From a virus, in the IMG/VR virus record IMGVR_UViG_3300021093_000006: a stretch of DNA of 64,000 nt, one strand, 5' to 3'. Below the pieces are notes generated by a model that had not been told where the DNA came from, searched no databases, and worked only from the letters and a program-made list of their open reading frames with translations. Positions 36,112 through 46,701 of this stretch are shown here, in pieces. Each line of letters starts with the position of its first letter. Positions within the stretch are counted from its first letter, which is position 1. A program made the translations under genes and the position numbers.

Positions 36112-36651
36112 TTAACCAGTTATTTTAGAAAAATCAGGATAAGGTTCAATTATAGAAGAATTATTTTCAAGAGAAAATAGATTATCATCCCACTCTTTGT
36201 CCATTTTTCCGTCCACTTTACAAAATTGTTTACCTACTAACCCTGGAGACATATTAGTTGTCATTATATATTTTTTATCTATACCAAATAAACTTTTTAA
36301 AGATGGGTCAGTTATTTCTGTAAATCCTATTATCATTTCATAATCATTAGATTCTCCCCAAACTACATCTCTAGGGATACCTTCCCTAAAAACAAAAAGT
36401 TTAACTGGTCTCGTTTTTTTATTGTATTGAACTAGTTTCCAAGGATAAGGTCCAGAATAACCTACTTCTGAATTTTCAGGATTTTCATAATCAATTTTAA
36501 CACATTCTAAAGATAGACCTTCGCCACCACCCATAGATGTATTTGTTATATCCATTTCAGGTTCTGGTATTGCAATATCAGCAATTTCATTTAAAATTCT
36601 TCTGTTAGCTTCTAATATCAAAGACCTTTTAATTTTTTCTTTTCTACTCAT
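36112..36651 (-). CDS. Hypothetical protein
   Basis: KRSLILEANRR N-terminus. Confidence 0.7.
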   Translation of the reverse strand: MSRKEKIKRSLILEANRRILNEIADIAIPEPEMDITNTSMGGGEGLSLECVKIDYENPENSEVGYSGPYPWKLVQYNKKTRPVKLFVFREGIPRDVVWGESNDYEMIIGFTEITDPSLKSLFGIDKKYIMTTNMSPGLVGKQFCKVDGKMDKEWDDNLFSLENNSSIIEPYPDFSKITG

Positions 36652-37897
36652 TTAATTTTAATTTATTTTTATTTATTATTTTTATTACTCTATTTTCATT
36701 ATAGAACTCAATAGCCTCAGGACTTTGGTTACAGTAAGGAAAAGTTTTACACCTTTCTTTTACCCTAACTTTTTGATACCCTAAATTTGTCATATCTGGT
36801 TGTGTTTTTTTAACAGGTACTTTACCTGGTCCTTTATCAGTCAACATAAATTTACTTTTTCCCCAAGGTGAAGTAGCATATGTTGCGTTTGATGACGCAC
36901 CTGTTGCTTCATCAACATTATCTTCTTCCGAAATCATTTCAGGTATTTCTTGATTATAAGAAACTTTATTTTTAAATAATCTACTAATAGGACTATTCAT
37001 AGAACCAACATAGGATCCTGATGATACTGCACCAGTTCCCTCTTCGATTTCTTCATCACCCACTTCTTTAAACGAATCTTCTTTAAACTTTCTAAAATCT
37101 TCAATTTCTTTCTTTCTTCTCTCATCCTCTTCCTCTTTTCTCCTTTTAATGACATCAAAAATTCGATCCTTACTAAATCTATTTTTAGACTTTTGAGTTA
37201 GTTGATTCCTTATACTTTTGGTTATATCATTATAATCTAAATCTTCTTTTAAATTCTTTTTAAATGAAATTTCAATACCATCGACAGTAACTTTTCCACT
37301 TTTTTCTAATTTACTCATTTCTTTTTTAGATAACCTTAAAGATTTTTTTCTACTTTGTTTTTCATCCTCAATTGCAATTATTCCATATTCAGGATCCGTA
37401 TAATAATCTTCTACTTCATAAATGTGTTCCATTGCAATTTTTTTTGCAGTTTCTTTATCATCCGTATGTTCCATTTCTATTTTTGTACCGATAGAAATTT
37501 CTTTTTTTATCTTTTCTAGTTCACTATTATGTTTTTTAGCAATTTCTTTTTCAGTTAATTTTTTTGTTGATTCGTTAAATCTTATTTTGGTTAAATCAGG
37601 TAAACCGCTTTTAGATGTTTCTTTTTTAAATTCATTACCCATTGCAGAGATATTCTCATCTACCATTTCTACACCAAATTTTATTCTCATCAAACCAATT
37701 AAATTTTCTAACTTATCTAATTTATCATCACTCAATGAATGCATCCTATTTAATTGGTTATACATTTTAACCGCAACTTTTAATTGTTCTAAATTTTTAC
37801 AAGAAAGAATAACATTTTTAGTTCTTTCGTAATCACCCATCATTTTATTGATATCCATCATTTTATTGCATTTAACCAAAATTGTCGTTTTACCCAC
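36644..37897 (-). CDS. DUF5661-like domain protein
   Basis: GTKIEMEHTDD...IAMEHIYE..DYY motif; real start probably near 37861. Confidence 0.65.
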   Translation of the reverse strand: MGKTTILVKCNKMMDINKMMGDYERTKNVILSCKNLEQLKVAVKMYNQLNRMHSLSDDKLDKLENLIGLMRIKFGVEMVDENISAMGNEFKKETSKSGLPDLTKIRFNESTKKLTEKEIAKKHNSELEKIKKEISIGTKIEMEHTDDKETAKKIAMEHIYEVEDYYTDPEYGIIAIEDEKQSRKKSLRLSKKEMSKLEKSGKVTVDGIEISFKKNLKEDLDYNDITKSIRNQLTQKSKNRFSKDRIFDVIKRRKEEEDERRKKEIEDFRKFKEDSFKEVGDEEIEEGTGAVSSGSYVGSMNSPISRLFKNKVSYNQEIPEMISEEDNVDEATGASSNATYATSPWGKSKFMLTDKGPGKVPVKKTQPDMTNLGYQKVRVKERCKTFPYCNQSPEAIEFYNENRVIKIINKNKLKLNE

Positions 37898-38118
37898 AAT
37901 TCTTTATATAATTGAACTAAAACATCTTTATTGATGTCCATTATATCTTTTTTTATATCTTTACCTTTTAGTTCTTTTTTTATTATCTGTAATACTTTTT
38001 TTTCTAAATCATCACCAAAAGCTTTTTTTATTTCTTTTCTAATCATCACACCTATTTGATTTTCATCAGTCTGTGACAATGACTCCTTAATTATATACCT
38101 TAAGTGATTATCGTTCAT
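37858..38118 (-). CDS. Hypothetical protein
   Basis: 86 aa; TATTTAT at 38134-38140. Confidence 0.75.
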   Translation of the reverse strand: MNDNHLRYIIKESLSQTDENQIGVMIRKEIKKAFGDDLEKKVLQIIKKELKGKDIKKDIMDINKDVLVQLYKELWVKRQFWLNAIK

Positions 38119-38163
38119 ATAAAATATTTTTATATAAATATTGTAAAAAATTAAAAGTTTAGA

Positions 38164-38949
38164 TTATTTCTTTTTAAAATTTTCTATCTTATAAAGATAT
38201 CTTAACCCTAGCTGCATATTTGTTGTAGCATCTAACATTAACATATGTCGTTTATATTGTGCAGCTAAAGATAAAGAGAAAGCATCTGTTATATTATTAT
38301 TGAAACTTTTTTGATATCCTCCCCCAAAAAATATTCCCCAATTATTTATTTTTTCTGGTGTAGGTAAAGGTAAACTATTTACATCCATAGAGTCTACTAT
38401 TAACCATTCAGGGCCGATTAACCTAGATTTCCATATACCTCTTTCAGTTTCAGTTAAAACAATCTGTAATGGTAATTTACCAAAAGAAAATTCACCCTTA
38501 TAAAACGCAGTCTTTCTATTAACAAAACCATTCCAAGTAATAAAACTATTATCTTTATTTGGGTAATCTAATTTTAAATCAATTCTATTAGTATCATCTT
38601 TATTAATACTACCAAAACCTTCTGTCATTTTACCTTCTAAAGTAACTATTGAGTTATTAATCATTAAAAGTCTTTCATTCTGATTTTTAATTAATTTAAA
38701 TAAATCTTCATTTTGTTCTTTTAATTGTTTATTTAAATCTTTTTCAGTATTAAAATAATTAACAAGTTTTGCATACTGACCCTGAGATTCTTTAGTGGTT
38801 TTATCCATACTTAATATTACTCTATTTCCACTATCTATTTCGTCCCTTAGTTCTTTTTGCATTTGGTTGTATTTAACCCAACCAAATAACAATAAAACTA
38901 TTATTACAATAGATAAAGATATTAATAATATGTCTTTAATATTTTTCAT
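38164..38949 (-). CDS. N-terminally anchored coiled-coil protein (spanin-like candidate)
   Basis: TM helix, coiled coil, amphipathic beta-strand C-terminus. Confidence 0.5.
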   Translation of the reverse strand: MKNIKDILLISLSIVIIVLLLFGWVKYNQMQKELRDEIDSGNRVILSMDKTTKESQGQYAKLVNYFNTEKDLNKQLKEQNEDLFKLIKNQNERLLMINNSIVTLEGKMTEGFGSINKDDTNRIDLKLDYPNKDNSFITWNGFVNRKTAFYKGEFSFGKLPLQIVLTETERGIWKSRLIGPEWLIVDSMDVNSLPLPTPEKINNWGIFFGGGYQKSFNNNITDAFSLSLAAQYKRHMLMLDATTNMQLGLRYLYKIENFKKK

Positions 38950-39479
38950 TATAATTCTCCGCCTTCTGCTTCTTCACCTTCTTCAGTCTCAGTACTCTCT
39001 AAACTTTCAGGTCCTTCCTCAGCATTTTCTTCGTCTTTAACCTCATTATTATACTCTTCCGCTATTTTAGTTGCCCATTCATTTGACCAACTTTCATAAT
39101 ATGCAACTAATTTTTGTATCTGTTTAAGTGTTTGATCATTTAATTGTAATAAATCTGTAGTTATATAAACACCTCTAGTATCATCTAAAGAATAAAACCA
39201 CTCAACATTACTATCCGTAAATTTACCACTAAACTCTACATTTTGAGCTTTAGGGTATAATCTAAATCTGTTGAATTTTACTCTAGGGGATACAGTATCT
39301 CTAAATTTTTTTTCTTCCTCAGAAAGTTCAGTAGGATCTAAATCTTTATCTTCTTTATTTTCATCCACCTCTTTTAATAATCTACGTTTTTGTAAATTCT
39401 CTTTTATAATTTTTTTATTAGCATTTTCAGATTCTCTGATAATTTCTAACATTTTTCTAGTTACATCATGTTCACTCAT
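38949..39479 (-). CDS. Hypothetical acidic protein
   Basis: 176-aa ORF. Confidence 0.75.
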   Translation of the reverse strand: MSEHDVTRKMLEIIRESENANKKIIKENLQKRRLLKEVDENKEDKDLDPTELSEEEKKFRDTVSPRVKFNRFRLYPKAQNVEFSGKFTDSNVEWFYSLDDTRGVYITTDLLQLNDQTLKQIQKLVAYYESWSNEWATKIAEEYNNEVKDEENAEEGPESLESTETEEGEEAEGGEL

Positions 39480-39489
39480 ATCTTTTTAT

Positions 39490-40098
39490 TTAATTCTCTA
39501 TTAATTCTTTAAAATTTTTAAAATCCCAACTAGGATTTAAATCTGTACTATCTTTGTAGTAATTACTTCTATAAGTAATCCCTTCGAAATATTCCACTCC
39601 ATCAATAAATGTATTATGTCCTACACAATTAATAGGTATATTATATTTTTCACAAAGATATTTAACTAAATTAGCACAAGAAGAAATTTGTTTTTTAGTG
39701 TATGTATCCCAATAAGTATACCCACGCCATCTTTTTTCAAATACTTCTTTATTCTTTTTATAAATATTACCAACCCAGTTAAAGTACTCATTATTCAGTA
39801 AATCTTTTTGTAACCAACCTTGATTTTCAATGGTTATTGAAATTATCTTTTTATCTATTGGTTTATTATCTAAAAAATCTGAATATAATGAGGGATCAAA
39901 ATGTTGGTGGATTTCTCCATTTTTAAAAATAGTAAAGGTGGAGGTTTTTTTATATTCTCCACCCATTCTGGTTTTCCATCCTTTTATATGGTAATCTTTT
40001 TCCGAAAAACTATTACCTATAACTATTTGCCTTTTATTAAACTCAGTATTATAATAGTTTTTTTCATCTAACTTATATTTCTCTAAGTTGATGTCCAT
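39490..40098 (-). CDS. Amidase_2-fold protein, probably catalytically degenerate
   Basis: ISITIEN, YTKKQ..L..LC.KYNIP, GHN retained; first Zn-binding His replaced (IVIGNS). Confidence 0.6.
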   Translation of the reverse strand: MDINLEKYKLDEKNYYNTEFNKRQIVIGNSFSEKDYHIKGWKTRMGGEYKKTSTFTIFKNGEIHQHFDPSLYSDFLDNKPIDKKIISITIENQGWLQKDLLNNEYFNWVGNIYKKNKEVFEKRWRGYTYWDTYTKKQISSCANLVKYLCEKYNIPINCVGHNTFIDGVEYFEGITYRSNYYKDSTDLNPSWDFKNFKELIEN

Positions 40099-41039
40099 TA
40101 ATTGATTCTTTTAATATCACTTTTTTTATTTTTAACAGGTGGATTAATAACACCTTTAGATTCTTTATATTTCTTTAATGCATTTTCTAATACTTCATTA
40201 GGTGATTCAGGTTCTTTAATTATCTCTTCGGCAAATATTTTAGAATCTTCTTCACTTAATTCAATAGAATTTTCATCTTCTAACCCATCTAATAAAGTAT
40301 TATCTAAATCAGAAAAATCATCTTCTTCGTCAATATATGGTGTAAATGATAATGCAGTAGGCTCTTCTAATAGTTCTTCTTCCGTAGGTAGTTCAGGAAG
40401 TTTACCTTCTTCTTTAAGTTTTTTTACTCTTTCCCACACTTCCTTTTGTAAATCAACATATTTTTTTACTCTATCATCATCCACTAATTCTTCATCATTC
40501 CGATCATCAATAATAGGATCTATTGTTTTTTCTTTTACTACTTCAACAGTATCATTTGATTCAGTTTGAATTTTTTTAGATTCATCGTATTTAACAAAGA
40601 AATGTAAAGATGTTAATGAAATAACTGGTAATAAACCACCTTCTAAAAATGCTAACCACCTTTTCATTGACACTAAATCTGTAGGATCCGAACCTATCAT
40701 CTCCCACATTGGTCCTGTTAATTCTACCCAAGATTTAAATAAATCCCCATTTGAATCGATTTCCTTAAATGAAAAGAATATGTTACCAATCATCTGTATT
40801 AATGTAACCAACCCAAACATAAACCAAACACCACCTTTTATTTTATTGGTTGCTGCAACTAATGCAGTCATTGCAGCAACTTCGATTGCGATTGATAGGT
40901 AAATAGCCCAACTTATTGGATTAGCTATATCATACCAAGTAACTACGTGAGAAATAGATATTGTAGCAACTAATAAAATAGGTACTAAAAACATAGACCT
41001 ATTAGGATTATTTTTTATCCAATTCCAAAAATTAATCAT
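40098..41039 (-). CDS. Multi-TM membrane protein with acidic tail
   Basis: About 4 TM helices then acidic region. Confidence 0.75.
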   Translation of the reverse strand: MINFWNWIKNNPNRSMFLVPILLVATISISHVVTWYDIANPISWAIYLSIAIEVAAMTALVAATNKIKGGVWFMFGLVTLIQMIGNIFFSFKEIDSNGDLFKSWVELTGPMWEMIGSDPTDLVSMKRWLAFLEGGLLPVISLTSLHFFVKYDESKKIQTESNDTVEVVKEKTIDPIIDDRNDEELVDDDRVKKYVDLQKEVWERVKKLKEEGKLPELPTEEELLEEPTALSFTPYIDEEDDFSDLDNTLLDGLEDENSIELSEEDSKIFAEEIIKEPESPNEVLENALKKYKESKGVINPPVKNKKSDIKRIN

Positions 41040-41203
41040 ATTTCGAAACCAAAATTAAGTAAGATAAATCTAAATTTTCTACAATCTTCTTCACTACAAA
41101 GACAAAAATCTAATTCAAATAAAGTTATTTTACCCAAACGTAAAGTTATATTGTATTTATTTTTTTTATTACCGCTTTTCCAAGAATTTATCCAATTAAC
41201 CAT
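41036..41203 (-). CDS. Small hypothetical protein (55 aa)
   Basis: Manual translation MVNWINSWKSGNKK...; ATGA overlap with next gene. Confidence 0.6.
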   Translation of the reverse strand: MVNWINSWKSGNKKNKYNITLRLGKITLFELDFCLCSEEDCRKFRFILLNFGFEI

Positions 41204-41209
41204 AATTTT

Positions 41210-41539
41210 TTATTTTTGTAATTTTTTTATATTTTCTTTAACAATCATGTGAAGTTCCATTAATTGTTCTCCTCTATCTTTTTGAGATATTAAGTTGTCA
41301 TATTCACTATGCACTTTAATTTTTTCAAGTCTAATAACTTCAGATATGTTATTGATGGTATCCTTTTGTCCATTTATAACTCTTTTTAAACTATCAATTG
41401 TTTCTTTTTGTTTAATATCTAATTTTTCTAATTTTCTTACTTCACTAGATTTACCACATGATCTAACAAAGAAAATAAATAATAATGTAGATAAGATATA
41501 AATCTTATATTTTTTAACAAATTCAATAATTTTTTTCAT
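41210..41539 (-). CDS. Membrane-anchored coiled-coil protein
   Basis: TM segment ending FVRSC, then coiled coil. Confidence 0.7.
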   Translation of the reverse strand: MKKIIEFVKKYKIYILSTLLFIFFVRSCGKSSEVRKLEKLDIKQKETIDSLKRVINGQKDTINNISEVIRLEKIKVHSEYDNLISQKDRGEQLMELHMIVKENIKKLQK

Positions 41540-41588
41540 AATTAATTTTTTAATAAATATACTAATTTTTAATTTTAAAGTAAATAGA

Positions 41589-41608
41589 AAAAGGGGTTAC
41601 CCCCTTTT
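41589..41608. terminator. Intrinsic terminator after sigma gene
   Basis: AAAAGGGG-TTAC-CCCCTTTT. Confidence 0.75.
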
Positions 41609-41612
41609 AACG

Positions 41613-42410
41613 CTATATGCTAAAGACACCTCCCATATTATTCCTAATCTTTCTTATTGCCCCTTCTTTTATCTGTCTAACTCTTTCTTTTGTTAACCCA
41701 ACCTCACCTCCAATCATTTCTAATGTCATAGGTTCACCATTTATACCATAATAACAATTAACTATTTCAATTTCTCTAGAAGATAGACCTCTTATCGCTT
41801 TTGACATTTCTTTAGACTTTAAATACTCTTCTTCATCTAAAAAAGTATCAGGACTTTTAAAGAAATTATTTTCTAAAAGATTAACCATTTCATCACCATC
41901 TTCATTTATTGTAACATTATAAGAAATACATGTGGGTGTACTAATTTGTTCCACTTCATCATTATAAGGATCCCTATGGTTTTCTTTTTCAAAAAATTCT
42001 ATCTGTTTTCTTATTTTTGATAATTTATTGATTATATTACCTGGTAATCTAACAGTTCTGGAATTATCATTAAGTGATTGTAAAATAGATTGTTTAATCC
42101 ACCATATTGCATAAGAAATAAATCTAAAACCTTTAGTATGATCGAACTTTTTTGCTGCCGTTATTAATCCGTAATTCCCCTCAGATATTAAATCCGCAAT
42201 AGGTAAACCTTGATTTTGGTATTCTTTCGCAATTTTAATTACAAATCTTAAATTAGAACTTACTAATTTATTTAGGGCTAATTGATCACCATTTTTAATC
42301 CTCTTCGCCAATTCAACCTCTTCATCTATAGTTATTATTTCGTTTTTTCTAACATCTTTTAAGTATAGGTTTAATGAATATTCTGTTAAGTCAATATATT
42401 TGTTTGTCAT
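41613..42410 (-). CDS. RNA polymerase sigma-70 family factor (RpoD/SigA-like, no region 1.1)
   Basis: Y.KDV, NLRFVIKIAKEY, DLISEGNYGL, FISYAIWWIKQ, LTKERVRQI. Confidence 0.93.
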   Translation of the reverse strand: MTNKYIDLTEYSLNLYLKDVRKNEIITIDEEVELAKRIKNGDQLALNKLVSSNLRFVIKIAKEYQNQGLPIADLISEGNYGLITAAKKFDHTKGFRFISYAIWWIKQSILQSLNDNSRTVRLPGNIINKLSKIRKQIEFFEKENHRDPYNDEVEQISTPTCISYNVTINEDGDEMVNLLENNFFKSPDTFLDEEEYLKSKEMSKAIRGLSSREIEIVNCYYGINGEPMTLEMIGGEVGLTKERVRQIKEGAIRKIRNNMGGVFSI

Positions 42411-42419
42411 AAATTTAAT

Positions 42420-42929
42420 TTATTTTCTTTTTATTTTATCACGTAATTTTGCGGCGGTTTCGTAATCTTCATTATCTAATGCCTCTTTTAATTCTTCTTC
42501 TAAGTTTTTAGAAGGGTAACTTTTATTTGTAAAATCGACAAATGTATCAAACATTTCGTCATTAATTTCTTTTAACGCTTCTTGAATTTGCATAAAAGGT
42601 AGTTTATTTATATCTTTCCCAAAAAGAGCCTCTTGATAGGAATCGTCTTCTAATTTTGCACCATAAAAACCTGGTGTCATTTCGAAAATGATATAAGATT
42701 TAATAACCATATTTAATAACTCTTCTATTTCTAGGATATTAAACGTACTTTTCAATGTTGCTATCACTAATTTCTCTCCACCAGCAAATTTACCTGTTAC
42801 AAAATTTACGTTAGTCTCTGAAATACGACTTAAAACATCCATTAAAGTGTCTTTACTATCTAATACCACTAAACAATAAGACTTTAAAAAATTATTTCTA
42901 ATTTCCATAACCATTAATATTAACAACAA
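42420..42929 (-). CDS. Hypothetical protein with C-terminal UvrB/UvrC motif
   Basis: LKEALDNEDYETAAKLRDKI. Confidence 0.7.
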   Translation of the reverse strand: MLLILMVMEIRNNFLKSYCLVVLDSKDTLMDVLSRISETNVNFVTGKFAGGEKLVIATLKSTFNILEIEELLNMVIKSYIIFEMTPGFYGAKLEDDSYQEALFGKDINKLPFMQIQEALKEINDEMFDTFVDFTNKSYPSKNLEEELKEALDNEDYETAAKLRDKIKRK

Positions 42930-42967
42930 TCATACATTAGTTTATTTACTGACAAAAATACTAATAA

Positions 42968-45337
42968 TTATTTAATCTGCAAAATAGAAATGTCATCTAT
43001 TTTCTCTACTGTCACAATTTTATCTGCCCAATCTTGCACTAAAGGGTTATGACTTATTAATAAAATTGTATCATACATCTTTTTAATCTTATCAAAAAAT
43101 ATTTTAGCTCGATCTAAATTTATATTTGCAACTTTACCTAATACCTCATCAAATACAATTACATTTGGTTTTGGGAGTGTGGAAACCCTACCTAATACTG
43201 AACGTAGTGCTAATGATGCTAATGTAGTTTCTAAACCTGATCCAGTTCTAAGTTTCTTAACTACATTATTTTTTATTAAAAGAAAGTCTACCTCATTCTT
43301 ATCATTAATTTCTAACTGTACTTCAAAATCACAAACTTCATCTAATAATCTAATAAGTTCATAATTTATTATTGGTATTAAAGAAGATAAAACTAATTTA
43401 GAAATACCATTCTTACCAATCATTTTCCCATAAACTTCAAATATTTTAAGTACATCTTCTTCTTTTTTAATTACGTCTATCATTTTTTTATTTTCTTCGA
43501 TAGAATTTTCTTTCAATGTAATATCAGAACTTAATGTTTGTATTTTATTTTTAATAGTATCCTTTTCAATATCCAAAGTTTCAATTAACTGATTATACCC
43601 TAAAATAGTACTTTCTAATTTTCTATTTTCCTCAATAAAAGTAGAATTTTTTTCATAATCTTTTAATAAATTATTTTTTTCTTTATATTCTACCCTCATT
43701 TTATCAATCTCTATATCTGTTTTATCTTTTGACATACCTAATCTATCAAATAAATCAGAATTTTTTTTCTCTTCACTTATATCTAATAATTTTTTTTGGG
43801 TGTCCGACAATAATTTAGAACTATTATCTAATTCACTTTTTTTAGTTTCAACCAATTCTTCTTTTTCTTTTATTTCGACAGTATGATCAACTTCCTCTAA
43901 AGATCTTTTACAGGTGGGACATATTTCACCTTCTTTTAAATTTAATATAGTTAATTCTAAATTTTTAATTTCTATTTCTATATTATTTTTAATTATCATT
44001 AATTTTTTTTCTTCTTCTCTAAGTTCATCATGAACTTGTTCATCATAAGAAAATTTAGGAATTTCTTCTATTTCTTTTTTTATGTCAGTTAATTTCTGGT
44101 TAAGTGAGACTCCTTTGTTAGTTAAATCATCAATTTCTTTTTTTAAGGTAATCGGATTAACTTTGGTGATTTCTTCATCTATCACATATCTTTTACCTAA
44201 CACTTCCTCTTTTTTTAGATTAGCGTCTTTAATTTTTTCTATTGTAACCTTTAAAGAACTTTCATGTTCTCTAATTTGTATCCTATTTTCACTAATAATT
44301 TTTGAATACTCCTCATTATTAATTTCTAATTGTTTAGTATTATATAGATTTGACTTCATTTTACTTTTGAATTCTGACATAAGTGTTTTATTAATCTCTT
44401 CTTTTTTCTCTATAACTTCTAACCCAATAAATTTAGTTAATAACCTACCTCTCTGCGTTGGTTTTGTCTCTATCAAATCCTCTAAATTTTTCGCAGTTGC
44501 AACTATTGTTAACATAAAATCATCATAAGAACCAATAGTCTCTGCAATTAATTTATCCGTTTCTCTCCTTTGTTCACCTTCTAAGTTTTCTTTAGAACCA
44601 TCAGATAAAATTTTAGAGAAGTCCAAAGTAGATGATACTTTATATTCACCACTTTTTGACAATTTTCTAGTTAAACCTCTCTCTATAATATATTCATCAC
44701 CATCTATTTCTATGTGACCACCTACAGTAACGCTATCTTTGCCAGTAAATGTATTGAATATTTCAGAAGATACTTCAGTTTTTGTGGTTTTCCCAAAAAA
44801 TAAAAATAAGAGTGAATCAATAGTAAAAATAGTTTTACCCCCTTGATTTGCAGGTATAGAATTAACTACAGTTAAACCATTTAAATTTTTATAGGAAATT
44901 TCATTGTTTTTACCAAAAGATAAAAAGTTATCTAACCATATATTTTTAATACTCCATCTCCTATACCTAACATTTTCTTCTTCACTATTTATTAAAACTT
45001 CATTAACTTTATCGTCTAACCTACAAAGTCTATCGTACTCAATAGTAACTTCATTCAATTTCAACCACTCTATAAATAAAGTTCTTTGGTATGCAGTATC
45101 CAATATATTATCAATTAAACCATCAGTAATATCGATTACTTTACCCGCACTATTTTTTAGAATGGGAATAAAATTTATTTTTATTGATCCTTTAGGGACA
45201 TTATACTTTTCAGAAAAATAGGTTTTAACCCTATTCACAGATTCTATTGTTCTTTCCTCTGGATAACCTTTCCAATCAATTCTAATTTGTGCCTTTTCAG
45301 GTAGATTAATTTTTTTAACTTTTTCTTTTACACTCAT
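42968..45337 (-). CDS. SbcC/Rad50/T4 gp46-like recombination ATPase
   Basis: LDNFLSFG, Walker A-like NQGGKT, coiled coil with CPTC hook, SGLE signature, FDEV Walker B, ISH. Confidence 0.9.
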   Translation of the reverse strand: MSVKEKVKKINLPEKAQIRIDWKGYPEERTIESVNRVKTYFSEKYNVPKGSIKINFIPILKNSAGKVIDITDGLIDNILDTAYQRTLFIEWLKLNEVTIEYDRLCRLDDKVNEVLINSEEENVRYRRWSIKNIWLDNFLSFGKNNEISYKNLNGLTVVNSIPANQGGKTIFTIDSLLFLFFGKTTKTEVSSEIFNTFTGKDSVTVGGHIEIDGDEYIIERGLTRKLSKSGEYKVSSTLDFSKILSDGSKENLEGEQRRETDKLIAETIGSYDDFMLTIVATAKNLEDLIETKPTQRGRLLTKFIGLEVIEKKEEINKTLMSEFKSKMKSNLYNTKQLEINNEEYSKIISENRIQIREHESSLKVTIEKIKDANLKKEEVLGKRYVIDEEITKVNPITLKKEIDDLTNKGVSLNQKLTDIKKEIEEIPKFSYDEQVHDELREEEKKLMIIKNNIEIEIKNLELTILNLKEGEICPTCKRSLEEVDHTVEIKEKEELVETKKSELDNSSKLLSDTQKKLLDISEEKKNSDLFDRLGMSKDKTDIEIDKMRVEYKEKNNLLKDYEKNSTFIEENRKLESTILGYNQLIETLDIEKDTIKNKIQTLSSDITLKENSIEENKKMIDVIKKEEDVLKIFEVYGKMIGKNGISKLVLSSLIPIINYELIRLLDEVCDFEVQLEINDKNEVDFLLIKNNVVKKLRTGSGLETTLASLALRSVLGRVSTLPKPNVIVFDEVLGKVANINLDRAKIFFDKIKKMYDTILLISHNPLVQDWADKIVTVEKIDDISILQIK

Positions 45338-45338
45338 G

Positions 45339-45845
45339 TTATCTTTTTAATATATTTGAGCCGAACCAACCTGCCTTACGTTCATCTCCGTAAATGTCAT
45401 GATTTTTATTATTTTTTTTCTTTTCGTCTTCTATTTCTTTTTTAAGATTATCGATTTCTTTATCTTTATTTTCTATTTCTTTTTGGAAATTTTTTTCCAT
45501 TTCTTCTATTTTAGTGGAAAAAATTTTCTTTTCTGTGGAAAATTCTTCATTTAAATGGAAAATATTTTGATTCAACTCCTTTATTTTTTCCATTAATTCA
45601 TTTTCATTATCTGTATCATTTATATACTCAATTTTTGTAACAATTTTTTCTACGGGTACTTCTTTAATAACCTCAACAATTTTTTCTATTTCTTTTGGTT
45701 CAAAATTACCCATAGGTGTTGCCCCATATTTTTCAGAAGTAAAACCTTGTCTAATTAATTTTAATATAAAATCGTCTATATTTGAGATGTCGTTTAATCT
45801 ACAATATTCCCAAATTTCTTCTTTTACTTTTTTAGGTATCTCCAT
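45339..45845 (-). CDS. Coiled-coil hypothetical protein
   Basis: 168-aa ORF. Confidence 0.75.
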   Translation of the reverse strand: MEIPKKVKEEIWEYCRLNDISNIDDFILKLIRQGFTSEKYGATPMGNFEPKEIEKIVEVIKEVPVEKIVTKIEYINDTDNENELMEKIKELNQNIFHLNEEFSTEKKIFSTKIEEMEKNFQKEIENKDKEIDNLKKEIEDEKKKNNKNHDIYGDERKAGWFGSNILKR

Positions 45846-46663
45846 TAATAATTTGATAAGTATTCTCTTTCTTCTTCTATATCATCTAAAGAGTTTATTT
45901 TGAAAACATAATAACCGTAATCAGTTTTTATATTATGTTCAGTGTAAGTTAAATCATTAACGTCCCAAAGTAAATAACCGTGATTGTCTACTCTTTCACC
46001 AAAGTCTTGTTGTATCAAACTACCACAATAGGCAATATTAATACCCTTATAGGTGAAATTTTGTCTATGATGTATATCCCCCATTAAAACTGCATCACAC
46101 CCATCAAATTGGGATAACTCCACACTTTCTTCGAATTCAAAACCTATAGAAGTAATGGCACCAGTAACAGGCGCGTGATACAAACCAATATATTTTTTAT
46201 CTTTACCAATTAATTTTCTAAATTCTTCTATGTTTGGTCTCCTATTCTCTTCAAATATAGAATAAACACACCAAACTATATTATCATCTTCATAACATAA
46301 ACTATCTTTATAATACCTAATGTTTTCATTATTTATTGCTTTAGTTATTGGTGTAATACTGTCTAACCTATCTTTATTATTTTCCAATAAATCGTGATTA
46401 CCTGCAATTATTACAACTGGACATAGTTTACTACACTCATTAAAAAACCAAGTTATTAATGCAAATAATTCATTAGAAATAGTAATTTTTTGGTGAACTA
46501 CATCACCAACTATAACAATCCTAGCATCATCATAATAAAGATTATGATCTTTAAAATAATCAGTAACTTCTTCTAAAAATTTTTTACAAACTTCTTCTGA
46601 CTCATCCAATCTTTTATATGTTCTAAAATGTAAGTCCGCAATGTGAAATAGTTTTTTTATCAT
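45845..46663 (-). CDS. SbcD/Mre11/T4 gp47-like nuclease
   Basis: ADLH, GDVVH, AGNHD, YHA, GDIH; adjacent to SbcC-like gene. Confidence 0.9.
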   Translation of the reverse strand: MIKKLFHIADLHFRTYKRLDESEEVCKKFLEEVTDYFKDHNLYYDDARIVIVGDVVHQKITISNELFALITWFFNECSKLCPVVIIAGNHDLLENNKDRLDSITPITKAINNENIRYYKDSLCYEDDNIVWCVYSIFEENRRPNIEEFRKLIGKDKKYIGLYHAPVTGAITSIGFEFEESVELSQFDGCDAVLMGDIHHRQNFTYKGINIAYCGSLIQQDFGERVDNHGYLLWDVNDLTYTEHNIKTDYGYYVFKINSLDDIEEEREYLSNY

Positions 46664-46701
46664 AGTACAAATATATTACTTTTTTTTATTGTTTCCAAAT
46701 A

